A stretch of 63,805 bases of DNA, the filler included, from Chrysochromulina tobinii (lineage: Eukaryota), in assembly GCA_001275005.1 (NCBI GenBank). It is 7 parts of 7 records of this genome, joined end to end, with 100 filler letters (N's around TTAATTAATTAA, not from the genome) between each part and the next. Parts side by side here need not be neighbours in the genome. Positions count along the whole stretch, not along the records: positions 32,493 to 48,504 come from JWZX01000609.1; positions 48,605 to 52,840 come from JWZX01000611.1; positions 52,941 to 59,380 come from JWZX01000613.1; 4 more parts are not named here. The stretch is one strand, 5' to 3'. The position numbers and the translations under genes were made by a program. Below, in pieces: positions 43,083 to 54,451 of the stretch. Within the stretch, counting starts at the first letter, position 1; each line of letters opens with the position of its first letter. The notes beneath the pieces were generated by a model. It was not told the origin of the DNA. It made no database searches and worked only from the letters and a program-made list of their open reading frames with translations.

Positions 43083-45321
43083 TCAGCCCCTGCTCGGCGG
43101 TCTTGGCGGCCCGAGGCCCGAGAGGGAGAGTTTGGAGGCGAGCGCCCCCGTGAGCCCGATCACACCGCGCCCCAGCATCGAGCTGCCGCCGCCCCCCGCC
43201 TCTTGTGGGGATTCCTCATCCGCCATCGCTTGCTGCGCGGCGGCGGCGCTGGCGGCTTGCATCCTCTCCTTGTGCTGCGCGGCAGCAGCGGCGTCGATCC
43301 GAGTCAGGCACTCGGCGGTGGCCAGCACGACCGCATCCATCGCCGGACGCGCTGCCGGGTTGGTATCCCAACAGGCGGTGATGAGTGGCGCGTACTCCTT
43401 GAGATCCTCCCGCAAGTGGATGGGCGGGCGCGCGTTCTCCATCGCGACGGCAAACGCGGCTTGGAGCGGCGCGAAGTCGGTGAACGGAATCTTGCGGTGC
43501 AGCGTCTCCCACAGTAGCATCCCATAAGAGTACACGTCGCACTTGTAGTTGTATGGCTTGTGCAGGATCACCTCGGGCGCCATCTGCCGGTACGTGCCCG
43601 TCTCGGCCGTGTACTCCGAGCGCCCAAAGCGCGTCGAGATGCCAAAGTCAGTCACCTTCGCATGGCCCGACTCGTCAAGGAGCACGTTCGCGGTCTTGAT
43701 GTCGCGATGCATCACGCCGTTGTAGTGCAAGTAGGCGACCCCCGAGGCGACCTCCTTGACGATGCGCGCGAGCAGAGGCGCGTCTAGAGGCCCGCTGCCG
43801 GCATTTTTGATGCCGTCACGGCTCGAAGGCCTCGGAGGAACGTCGCTGTCCCGGCTGGGGGGTCTCGGAGGGACGAGCGGCGGCTCTTCCGGGTTGTGCA
43901 GCAGGTCGTGCAGGGAGCCGCCTTGCAGGAACTCGAGCACCATCGCCGGCATCTCCTCGAACAAGCACACGCCAAGGAGCGAGCACACGCAGGGATGGCG
44001 CAGCTGGCGCCAGATATTGACCTCGCCCAAAAAGGAGCGCAGCGCTTCGTCCTCGCGCAGCACCTTGATCACCACGCGCGCGCCCGCCCATTCCGCCTCC
44101 CATACCTATCCAGCACAGCACGCGGCAACGTCCCGTGGTCAGCGTTCGCGTGGTCGACAGGAGGCACGCGCGCGAGCGTGCAAGCCGGCCGTGCAGCCAT
44201 CACACACAGCGGGGTCTCCTCCCGAGAGACTCGCGATGGGTGATCATAAACACTGTGGGCACCCTATGGGCACCCGATGGGCACCCTTTGGGCACCCTAT
44301 GGGCACTCCATGGCACTGGGCATCCTATGGGCACTCCTTGGGCACTCCTATGGGCACTCCTATGGGCACTCCTATAGGCACCCTATGGGCACTCTATGGC
44401 ACCCCATGGGCACTCTTATGGGCACCCTATGGGCACTCCTTGGGCACTCCTATAGGCACCCTATGGGCACACGCGTACCTTGCTCGACGCGCCCTCGTCG
44501 ATGAGCCGCCGCACGCGCAGGTTGCTAAACTGTCCTTGGAGCCCCTCGAGGGTTTGGAGCTCCTCCCTCGTCAGGTCGGCCATGGCACCGCCATATGCGG
44601 CGGCGCCCCCTCTTGGGCTGGCGCTCGTGGCGGCTCCGCCTGCACCAACGCTGCTGCTGCTGCATGCTCCGCCTGCGCCGCCGACCGCGCTGGTGCTGCA
44701 CGCGCCCGGCAGCGGCGGCATGCTAGCGGGCGTGATCGGCAGCGGCGGCGGCTCTTCCATCATCGTGTCCGGGTCCGCGGCCGCTCTACCGAGCGAGAGC
44801 CCTGACCAGTCGGTGATCGCAACGTCGGTGACGTTGTGCGCCGCCGTCCATGGACCGCAAAAGGCTGCGGAGAGGCGCACGCGCATTTTGGCCGCGAGCT
44901 CCTCGTCCATGCGACTCACCGCGAACGAGTCCACGGCGACGCCGTCGGGCGTCGAGAAGGCCGCCACCTTCGAGATGTCGATGCCAAACTCGGCGAGCAC
45001 CGATGTGATTACGCCCAGTGAGCCGCGCCGATCGTTAAAGACGAGCCAGAGCGAGAAGCTGCGGGAGTCGTAGGGCGCCCAGCTCAGGTGCACGTTCTGC
45101 GATTCGCGGCCTTCTCGCTGCTGCTCGATATGCAGGTTTTGTAGCAGCTGCGCGTGCTGTGCGCGGTCTGATGGCAGGGTCGACAGGGCATACTGCGCCG
45201 GCATCACGCTCAGCAGCTTCTGCACGGCGGGCTCGGCCAGGCTGTGGCCCTGCTGCTCGCGGAATGGCGAGCCCATGTTGTAGGGCACCGACGAAGAGCG
45301 GAAACCCATCCCGTCCTTCAT
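43083..45321 (-). CDS. ACT-domain Raf-like Ser/Thr/Tyr kinase (STY8/17/46-like); exons 45321-44479 and 44105-43083
   Basis: ACT: DRRGSLGVITSVLAEFGIDISKVAAFSTPDGVAVDSF. Kinase: EGASSK|VWEAEW, MHRDIKTANVL, TDFG, TAETGTYRQMAPEVILHKPY. Confidence 0.88.
44106..44478 (-). other. GT-AG intron containing a GGGCAC(C/T)C(C/T)AT about 12-bp minisatellite (44257-44470)
   Basis: AAG|GTACGC donor and TAG|GTATGG acceptor; many gggcaccctat/gggcactcct units. Confidence 0.85.
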
Positions 45322-45616
45322 GGCCGCGCGCGCGGGATGGACGCCGACGGCAAAATGCCACGCGACCTGTGTTCGTGTCTTGGTCGGTTCTGGTACTGTT
45401 CTGGTTGCAATCCAATCGCCGGCGGCGTATCTCCCCGGTTTGGGTGGACCCGCAATCGACGAAATCCTCTTTTTCTTCGAAGGTCGCGCAGGATTTCGTC
45501 TGCGTACGTGCACGTAGGCTCAGTGGGCGTCAGTGGGCGGTCGGCACCCTTCTTGGTGGGTACTTGGTGGGTGCTCGGGTCACGACCGCCGACCGGTCGC
45601 GAAACTCGCGAAGCGC

Positions 45617-45764
45617 CTCACTGTAGAGGGAAGAGGCGGAAAAACTGTGTCTCGGTGAGCCGTGAATCCGCCTCTGGGAATTGCTCTGTGATACGGCAAA
45701 ATCTGACTCACTGTGAATGGATCAAGGGAATCCGCTAAATGGCTAAATCCGCCTCTACAGTGAG
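45617..45764. mobile_element. MITE-like element with 13-bp terminal inverted repeats
   Basis: ctcactgtagagg (45617-45629) and cctctacagtgag (45752-45764) are perfect reverse complements; internal agaggcgga/tccgcctct pair. Confidence 0.6.
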
Positions 45765-46014
45765 CCGGATTTCTTAACGGAACATTTCTGACTCAGTGAC
45801 GAGTGAGGCACACACCCCAAGCCACATCCGCAACTCAGTGAGGCACGAAACACGTCTCAGCGCACACGTCTCAGTGAGACGTGCATTGAGGCACTTTGGG
45901 TTGGTCCGTCCCTTTGGACTGGTACCTCCGATGTCCGATCTCAATGTTCGACCTTCCCCATGCTTCCCTAGTTCCCTACATGTACCTCTTGGCACCTGGG
46001 TTAGGGGGGGGTTC

Positions 46015-46392
46015 CTACATGTACGTATCCTGATGTATCTTGCATGTATCCTGCATGTATCCTGAAGGATAAATACGTATCCTGAGTGTATCCTGATGTA
46101 TCTCAAAAGTATCTTACATGCTCTATACATGCTCTGTTACATTCCAAGAGAATACATGTATCTTGACATTTTGCATGTATTTTACACGTAGACTGTAACC
46201 CCAAAGAGTCCAAGATACATTTTGGGATACACATCAGATACATCAAGATACATGTATCTTGCGCGCTTCCTTGGTGTCACACTGGATACATATCAAGATA
46301 CATCAGGATACGTGTATCTTGGACTCTTCATCACGATACATCTTATGATACATCAGGATACACCCTGAGATACAAAATCACGATACATGTAG
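46015..46392. mobile_element. AT-richer foldback/MITE-like element built from TGTATC/GATACA motifs
   Basis: Left half is dominated by tgtatcctg/tgtatcttg and right half by gatacatcag/aagataca; ends ctacatgta...tacatgtag. Confidence 0.55.
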
Positions 46393-46617
46393 AGCAACTG
46401 GGAACCAAACCTGGACCATCCTAACCATCATCTCATTCAGCCTGCAATAGTATTCTTAGAACCAGATCCCGTTCAGACGGTTCAAGTTATGCAAATCGCA
46501 TGTCACGAGCTCACGACGGAAGTTGAACCCCGTCGCGATGCCTTCTCTGCGAGAATCTTTCGTTCGGACGGGGTATCGGTATGCGTTAGGTAACTATGAG
46601 GTATGCGTTAGGTATGC

Positions 46618-46718
46618 GGACGTAAGGATGAATGTCGCTGGGGCCTTCTCGCGAGCCTGAAGTCTGCGCAGGCAGGCAGTGCCAGGCAGGCAAGAATGCA
46701 CGGACAGTGAACGGACCA
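46618..46718 (-). repeat. Dispersed repeat, inverted homolog of 42865-42958
   Basis: See 42865-42958. Confidence 0.85.
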
Positions 46719-47333
46719 TAAGTTCTTTCTAACCCTTCTTCGTTTTTCTGGATTCGCATTAAAGCGATGTACATGTATGTACATGTAGTGTCGTCCCACA
46801 ATTCGTTGATGAATTGAATAGCAATTGACTTCAAATCCAGTGCGCAGTGGGCGCCATGTAATATGTGGTACCCGGGGAGGCACACATGCCACATGGTCGG
46901 AGGGCTTCTTCGGAAATATTTCTGCAAATTGTCTGGATTGACACACTACACCCAAATTTAGGCAAAAGGGTGGGCGGTTTAGCCCGCGGTTTAGTCCCCT
47001 TGGTTTAGTCAAAAGTGTCCCTCCACAGCTGGTCGACTGGATTCGCGTGGTAAAAGTTGCGCATGTTGCCTTCCTTGACCCTTCCCCGCTCGATCCAGCG
47101 GGGTAAAAGCCACGTTTGCCGAATGAACGAACCCATTAGCATTACCATTGCCCTTTGCCCAGTACACAGTACTCGCTAAACCACGTTAGTAACGAGCCGT
47201 GTTGTGTCATTCACACCCAGCTCGTCGCCAATGGCCCTTGGAGGTGTGTGTAAGGCGGCCAAAATTTTTTCAGAGGAGCCATGGTTGCTGTGAAAGGTGT
47301 GATGTGAATGACGAGAAAACCGTCCATTTCCGA

Positions 47334-48349
47334 ATGCCAGCAGGTGGCGCTCCCCCGCGGGCTGCCCGCGTGCCTATGGTCAACACGAGCCGCGCTTCCG
47401 AACAGTACTACATCGATGCGTTGAGCGCGGCCCTCAAAAGCCTCGGCTGGGAGAATGCCACCGGCCCGCTCGCCGCGGGCGTGGACGTAGTCTGGTCCGA
47501 GGATCCAGCAAAGAAGCCGAGGCTGCTCGCGCTGCCGCCGGGCGCACGGACCAATAGGTTCTTCGCGATGGTGCGCGTGTGCCGCAAGGTGAACCTTGCC
47601 ATCCTGCTCGACGCATGCTCGCGTCTCCACCCGGCCGAGTTTGCGCAGCTCGCGCCGCGCACTTGGTGGGTTGGCACGGGCCCGACGTGGGCAGAGCAGC
47701 TCGAAGCGCATCGCGCGTACTGCAAGGAGCAGAAGCAGCAGCGCGAGGGCGGCGGCGGCGGCGGCGGCACGCTATCCTATCCGCGCCCCGCCTACATCGT
47801 CAAGCCCGACAATGGGTGTCAGGGCGCGGGTATCGAGCTGGTGACGAGCCACGAGGCGCTGCGCCTGCTTTTGGAGCGTCCCGAGGCGCCCGAGCGCGCG
47901 GTGGTGCAGTGCTACCTGCCAACCCCGCTGCTCATCGACGGACTCAAGTTTGATTTGCGCCTCTACGTCATCCTCACCTGCGCGAGCCCGCTTCAGGCCT
48001 TCCTCGCCACCAATGGCGTCGCGCGCTTTGCCTCGCATCCATGGCGGCCGGTCGACGACGAGAACGCGTCCGACATGCTCATGCACCTGTCGAACTCGTC
48101 GATCAATCAAGTGGCGAGCGGCGTGAGCAACAAGTGGGCGCTCCCGCGCGTGTGGGACCGCCTCGCTGCCAACGGAGCCGACGTGTGCGCGGTGCAGGCG
48201 GACATCAAGTCTCTCGTAGCACGGACCCTCGCGGCGATACAACCAGTCGTGGCCCATAGCTACTCGACGGCGTTCAATTTGGGCGCGGCGCCGAGCCGGC
48301 GGCCGCTTCGGCCGCGGATGGCGCCGAGCTCAACGGCTGATGGCGAGGA

Positions 48350-48403
<54 letters not shown>

Positions 48404-48416
48404 TGGCAAAAAAAAA
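47334..48416 (+). CDS. Tubulin-tyrosine ligase-like (TTLL, glutamylase-type) protein, 3'-truncated/interrupted
   Basis: YIVKPDNGCQGAGIEL, VVQCYLPTPLLIDGLKFDLRLYV, MHLSNSSIN; the C-terminal GFD...EVN motifs are absent before the repeat and contig end. Confidence 0.88.
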
Positions 48417-48504
48417 ACTCTACCCCGGACCGGGTGCCGGGTCCCGGACCGCGCGCGGTGCCGAAGGGCGTTCCCGCGCCGCGGCGTGCGGGCTGCTGCG
48501 CCGG
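48417..48504 (+). repeat. 88-bp copy of 32580-32667 at contig end
   Basis: Exact match; follows an A10 run. Confidence 0.92.
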
Positions 48505-48604
48505 NNNNNNNNNNNNNNNNNNNNNNNNNNNNNNNNNNNNNNNNNNNNTTAATTAATTAANNNNNNNNNNNNNNNNNNNNNNNNNNNNNNNNNNNNNNNN
48601 NNNN
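48505..48604. other. Artificial contig spacer
   Basis: N44-TTAATTAATTAA-N44. Confidence 0.98.
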
Positions 48605-48679
48605 CCGAGCCAGGGTCTCATCCGACATCGTCGCTGCGCCTGGGAATCATACGCAGTTGGGGGGCATCTCACCCCGCTC
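48605..48679 (-). mobile_element. Putative polypurine tract (48679-48667) and start of the 3' LTR (TG at 48666) of the copia element
   Basis: Minus strand GAGCGGGGTGAGA|TGCCCCCCAAC, about 20 nt after the pol stop codon. Confidence 0.55.
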
Positions 48680-48698
48680 GAACATGTCCGGTTCATAC

Positions 48699-51600
48699 TC
48701 ACGCTTTGCACAGCGCCTCTGCAAGGGCTTGCACCGCTTTCCCGAAACGGCTGCGATCCTTGATGGGCTCGTTGTACATCCACATGCGGAACTTGAGGAA
48801 AGTATCTTTGTCCACCGCCTTGGTGAAGATGTCCGCCATCATATCGTTGGTAGAAATGAGATGCACGGCGATCATCAGACGCAGGACCGCGTACTTAACC
48901 AGCATGGTCGTGCGCTCAAAGTAGCGCGAGCGGCTCGTCGTGCCATCCTTTTTGATGATGTCGTTCATAGCCGAGTTGTCTCCCAAAAGCATTGTCGGTC
49001 CTTTGACCATCCGCTTGACCCCCTCACACGCTCGTCTGACGAATAGCGTGTCACGGGTTGCCAGCGAGGCTTGGGCGGTCTCGGCTTCTGCTGTGCTTTG
49101 CGGGATCACCGTTTTGAACGCTTTGCTAGACCAGATCAGCGCAGCATTCGTCCGCATCACCACGTGGCCGCCGTAGGGTCGCGTCGACTTGCCCCACGAA
49201 CTGTCAGTGGAGGTGAAGAGACCGCGCGACTCTTCGAACCAGGGCGGCATGTCGCTTAACCCTAAGGGGACACGGAGTTTGCCCCCGTACGTCAGTCCAA
49301 GCTCTTGGGTGGCGACAAGGTATCCAACCATGTGCATGACCGCATTGAGATGCGTCGCGGTCGGGCCCATTGAGAGGCTCGCTAAGATAGAGTAAGCATA
49401 CATGCATTCGCATCGGACCATGACCGTGGGCCACCCGATCGATCCAAGGGCATTGAGGTACTCTGCCTTATCGATGGTGTTCCCATCCGTGCTGGGTTTG
49501 AACGCCTCGAATTCCTCCCTTTTCGCTTTGGACGCGGCATAGGGCAGATCGTTGAGAGTGAATTTTCCCTTGTATCGGACGGCAAGCTTCTGGGTATAGT
49601 TTCGCATAGTCACAGTAACAGTCCTCGCCTGTCTGTCGCGGGTGAGCTCGCAACCAGTGAACATTGTCAGGGGTCGGGTCAGATCCGGTCCAGGTGAGTC
49701 GATGTTGATCAGTTTCGCGTATTCATTGCGGATTGCAAGATATTCCGTGCGCACGCTGTGATGGAACCCCACTCCAACGTCGTCGGTCACTACCGCCGCG
49801 ATGATCTGCAGCGACTCGTGTATGTACAGATTAGGTTCAGCTATGTCACTGATCAGGCCGCACTTGTTCATGGCCCACTTATTCTTCTTGTACCACAGAT
49901 GCGCTCCCTGCTTGACACCCTCCAAACATTTGTGCAAGTGAAGCACGTGCCCCGGTATCGAGAATCCTTCGGGCATGTTGCAGTATAGGTCGCGGTCGAG
50001 ATCGGCTTGGGTGAAAGCCTTGATAGCATCAATTTGATCGGATTCAAGGTCTTCATCGGCCAGTATTGAGACGAACAGGCGAAAGCATACAGCGGGAAGA
50101 GAGTGCGCGTAGACCTCATCATAGTCAACTTTGGCTTTCTGCGAGTACCCACACCCGACAAGACGAGCTTTGACCTTCTTGATGCTGCCGTCGTCGTTGA
50201 GTGCGATGGTGATCACCCACTTGACCTTCATAACGTGCATCCCTGGTTCTCTTTTGACCACGGTTGCGAAGTTGTTGGCGATCTTGCCTGCGATCTCGTC
50301 TTCCATATTCGTTCGGATAAGATCCCAGTAAGGTGAAGCCATAGCATCCGCTACTGAGGCGATCTTCACGACGTTGGACGATAGCAGTCCTACTTGTTTC
50401 GCAGACTCGGTGCCCACAAGTTCGATCTCCAGATCCGCCTCGGGTTCACAGGAGTCTTGCGCTGCTTTGATTGCGTCCGTTTGAAACGCCTGCACAGCGT
50501 GTTGCACAAAAATTTCCTCACCGGAAGACTGGAGAGCAAGGACGCCTTGTTCGATGATGGACGCGTTAGTAGCGGCATCTCCCTCCTTGCTCTGCACGCG
50601 TTGCTCCGCTCCCTCCTTGTGCTGCACGCTTTGCTCCGCTCCCTCCTTGTTCTGCAGAAGGTGAACAGAACGCGGCCGCCCAGCGGTGATATGCTTGGGC
50701 ACCAGTGAAGCAGTCACCGGCGACATCCGGAGATCTTGCGGTTCGCGGTATTCAACTGGTGTGTCTGCAGTGATGCCTTTGCAGGTGACAAAGGAGTGCG
50801 GGCGCCAGTCTGTGACTGTGAAGGAGGAAATGCGGCCCTGCGCCGGCAGGTAGACATAGTCGGCGTTTCGTTTGAAATCTCTCCCGAGGTAGCAGCCATC
50901 GCTGCCTGTGTAGGCGAGTTTCCCTTGCGAATCTCGCGAGGGAAGATGGACAGTGACGTCGCAGAACAGGGGTTTAGCCCAGCTCAGGTCGGCGAGTCCA
51001 CTGTCAGGGTGCGCAAAGGCGTATGGCGACATAGGCGGGTGAAGCGCCTCCGTACTGATGAAGTGCCGCACGTGTTCATACTGGGAAACAGCCCATGGCC
51101 ATAGAATCTCAGGTGCTCCAGCATACGCGAGTGCAGCTTTGACAGCCATCTTAACGGTTCCGAGTTGGCGCTCGGCGACTGGGTTGGTATTGGCGTCGTA
51201 CGGTACACGGGCGGTGAGGTTCTCGACAAGTTCTGCCGCGAAACTTTCGACGTCTGGCCCAGCAAAGGATAAGTCGTTATCGACGTGCCATTGTCCGACG
51301 ACCCCGTCGAGCAATTTCCCTTTGTGACGACGGACGAATTCATGAGCCGCGCCGGCGACTTCGCTTCCCGATCGTCGGACGAGGAAGAAGTAGAACACAT
51401 CCGCCGAGAACCGGTCACAGAAGTCGATGGTGGCTGTGAATCCATGTGGCCAAGACGCCGGGAAGGTCGTAGAGATATCCGAATCGACGCGCTGGCCAAA
51501 ATGAGTGTACCCGGTAGATGACGGCGCGCGTGTGCCGTGCGTCCCTGGGGGTACTCTCGTCCCACCGCGCGAAGGGGCAGTGCTGTGGCGATGAGGCGGT

Positions 51601-52840
51601 GCCGTTGTTTTTCCCAAACGGCAGCCGTGACACGCTGAAGCTTCGAGGGAGAACGCACGGAAATCGAAGCCCGAGATATGAATGCGACTGTTGCGAATCG
51701 CCGTCGAGTTGCAGTGCATCAGCGATGCGTGTACTTCGAGTGAGGATCGTCGCACATCACGCGACATCCGCGCTTCCTCGATGCCCGGCAAGGGCGCGAC
51801 GCGGAAGACGATCTCGTAGTGCTTGGGGTCGTTGGTAAACAGGGCGTATCGTCCATTCTTCAGCTTGAGGCAGTCCTCTAGCGACGCGGAGTTGTCTTCG
51901 TTGAAGTATGTCCAGTGGCCGTCTCTCTTGAGCGGCCCTACGCCAGCGAGTCGTGTCCCCCGCTTGAGCCCTTGGGTGACAAGAACTCGGCTCATGGTTG
52001 GGTAGCTGAGTTCTTCATTCTTCACCCAGTGGCCTCCCTTGACCTCATAGGTCTCGATCCCGATTTTCCCTGGCAGCCGTCCGTCGGCGTTAATGATGCC
52101 AACGGTCTTGACACTCAGCTGGATGCCGTCAGCCGCCTCCACGCCGATGTTAGGGCGCGCGTCAGTGACACGATCGAGCATCCATTCATCCTCAACCGGG
52201 ATGCATATCGCCGTCGCGCCGCTATCAACGGTCCAGAATATCTTACCATCGCCCTCGATGAGGCCGGGTTCAAGATGTAGCCCGTTGGGTCGCTGCATCT
52301 TGACGTTGGTGTCTCCGAGGTAGATGTGCTCACTCGTAATCGCGTGAACCTTCTCGATGACGCGCAGAGAGTTGGGCGTCGTGAGAGTGTTCGCACGCGA
52401 GGTCAGCTGCAGCGCGTTCGCGCGTCCACCCAGAGTGAGGGCCACGATGAAGATTGTCACCGATCCTCCCATGAGTCCAACGATGAGGACCGGGACTGTA
52501 TCCCATGCGGTCCGAGCAACCGCGCGCGTCCACTGCAGGGCGGCCGACTCAATAGTCAGCATGAGGGCGTAGACGATAGCAGCAAGCAGTCCGATAAGCC
52601 CCAGGAGGCCGATAGAGCGCGGCCGGGTTGGCGGCTGAATCGGTGTGCCCACCGCGATCGTGTCGCCAGAGTGCATGCCAGTTGGCAGCGTCGATGGCGA
52701 CGGTTTCGGGCCCTCGGTTGGGAAGCCGGCGGGGAGTTGCGTGAACGGCGGGGAAGGGTCCACCAAGTCGAGCGGCATCGCTTTCTCATTCTGCTGCTTG
52801 TTCTCGAAGTGATCGATGGAGAAAGTGTTCGGCATCGAAG
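48699..52840 (-). mobile_element. Ty1/copia LTR retrotransposon polyprotein (PR-IN-RT-RH), intact ORF, gag missing at contig end
   Basis: Protease WTVDSGAT; HHCC (HASLMH...CHGC); integrase D-D-E (VDSDI, VDND, PVAER); RT KARLVGCGYSQ, QIDAIKAF, VTDD; RNase H TDSSW, STAEAE, GDNSA, ADIFTKA; copia domain order. Confidence 0.95.
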
Positions 52841-52940
52841 NNNNNNNNNNNNNNNNNNNNNNNNNNNNNNNNNNNNNNNNNNNNTTAATTAATTAANNNN
52901 NNNNNNNNNNNNNNNNNNNNNNNNNNNNNNNNNNNNNNNN
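52841..52940. other. Artificial contig spacer
   Basis: N44-TTAATTAATTAA-N44. Confidence 0.98.
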
Positions 52941-52942
52941 GC

Positions 52943-53524
52943 TGGGACGCGAGGGTCGGCGAGACCGTTGCCGATGGCAGCAGGGTCTTCAACTTCCGTT
53001 CCGTTGTAGGTGGCGAGGGCAGCTACGGTGGCGGAGCCGTGTCTGACGGCGCGGCGGGTGGCAACAATCCATTCGATGTGATTCTCGCTGACCCGCTCGC
53101 ACGAGTCGAGAGGGACCTTGGCGCGGTCTCGTCGAAGCAAGATCGTCTTGAGAAGCGCCTGGAGGAGCTCATTGCGATGCAAGCTCCGCACGGAACTGCA
53201 CTTGGCGGTCGCACGGCCATGCCGCCACCTGAGGAAGCCTCGGACAAGAGGGAGGTACCCCTACCTGGGAACTCCTCTACGATGCAGGCGAGCAGCGTCG
53301 CCTCTCGTCTCGCCGCCCTCTCGCCTCGTCTCGCCGCCCTCTCGTCTCACGCTGTCGAAGCTCCCCTTCCCAATTCGGCCAAGCCAGTCAAGGCACATCC
53401 GACAGGGCGTGTCGCACCTATGCCGGTCGAGAACGGGTGCGCCGCGATCACTGGGACCTCCATCACGGAACTGCCCCTGCGGAATCAGACGAGAACCTCC
53501 ATGGAGGATACCTTCGACAAATGA
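52943..53524 (+). CDS. C-terminal fragment of an unknown protein with a short coiled coil (5'-truncated)
   Basis: Frame open from contig start; LARVERDLGAVSSKQDRLEKRLEELI heptad. Confidence 0.5.
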   Translation, partial: WDARVGETVADGSRVFNFRSVVGGEGSYGGGAVSDGAAGGNNPFDVILADPLARVERDLGAVSSKQDRLEKRLEELIAMQAPHGTALGGRTAMPPPEEASDKREVPLPGNSSTMQASSVASRLAALSPRLAALSSHAVEAPLPNSAKPVKAHPTGRVAPMPVENGCAAITGTSITELPLRNQTRTSMEDTFDK

Positions 53525-54451
53525 GCCCCCAGCACAGACCAGCACTACTAGCGTCGGCTTTGATCTACAACGTAGAGGATACCGTCGACAAATGAGCCCC
53601 CTGCACTGGGGCTCGTCCTCGATGACGGTGGTACAACATGATTCAGTCAGGTGTACAGCAACAGCAGTATCGAGTGGCTACCTGGACAACGTGGCACCAT
53701 GGCGGTGCACATGTGATGGGGGCCCGTGTGGATACAGCGTGGAAGGTGATTGCATGGTCAACACACAACAGTCGATATGTCGTGTCAGTAGCGGTTGACC
53801 CGGGCTCGCTCTAAGACCGCTCAAGGCTCATGTGGGAAGCTGTATCCAGTTGCAGCGGAGCAGAGGCGAGAGTTTAAGCGAGAGTCAGCCCCGAAGCCCG
53901 TACGAAGCCCGATCAGCATCATCTGGCATGACAGTTGGCAGCAGGAACAGCCAATCAGGCGTACAAACCGATACATACATACGGAGTGGTGCGTTGGGTG
54001 GTTGTTTCTGTTTCACCATCCCTGTTTGTTTGGTCTGAGTCCGGTCTGGGTGCACCGTCCCGCGCAAAGTGAGACGAGATACCAGTATACAGGACGGTAC
54101 ACCGTAGTGTCGGCCCTCTCTGGCCGCTTGTCACCCCGTACCCGGCGGAGCCGGAGGAAGCATGCTCCGGGTGCGTGGTGCGCGGTGGGCGCGTGTCAGT
54201 GCAACCGAACAAGGGACCTATCTCTTGATAACCCGCCCGGCCTGTCTCCATCTTCAGAGTGAACTACTAACTTATTCTTCCGGCGGCGACCGGCGTGGCG
54301 ATGTTCCGACCTTCCCGCTTCCGATGTTTACATAGTAACTCCGAGACGACCGAGCCACAGGCAACGGCCCGTACTCGCGTCATACTGAGGGCGACTCGAG
54401 ACCTACACACCTAGCGTCTTCAACATTGTGCTACATCGACGACAACACTGG

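Noticed and set aside
44257..44470. MGTP/ALLW repeat ORFs
   Set aside because: Translation of an intronic minisatellite in the kinase gene.
47334..52840. Copia element inserted into TTLL
   Set aside because: They are on different contigs separated by an artificial spacer; adjacency is meaningless.
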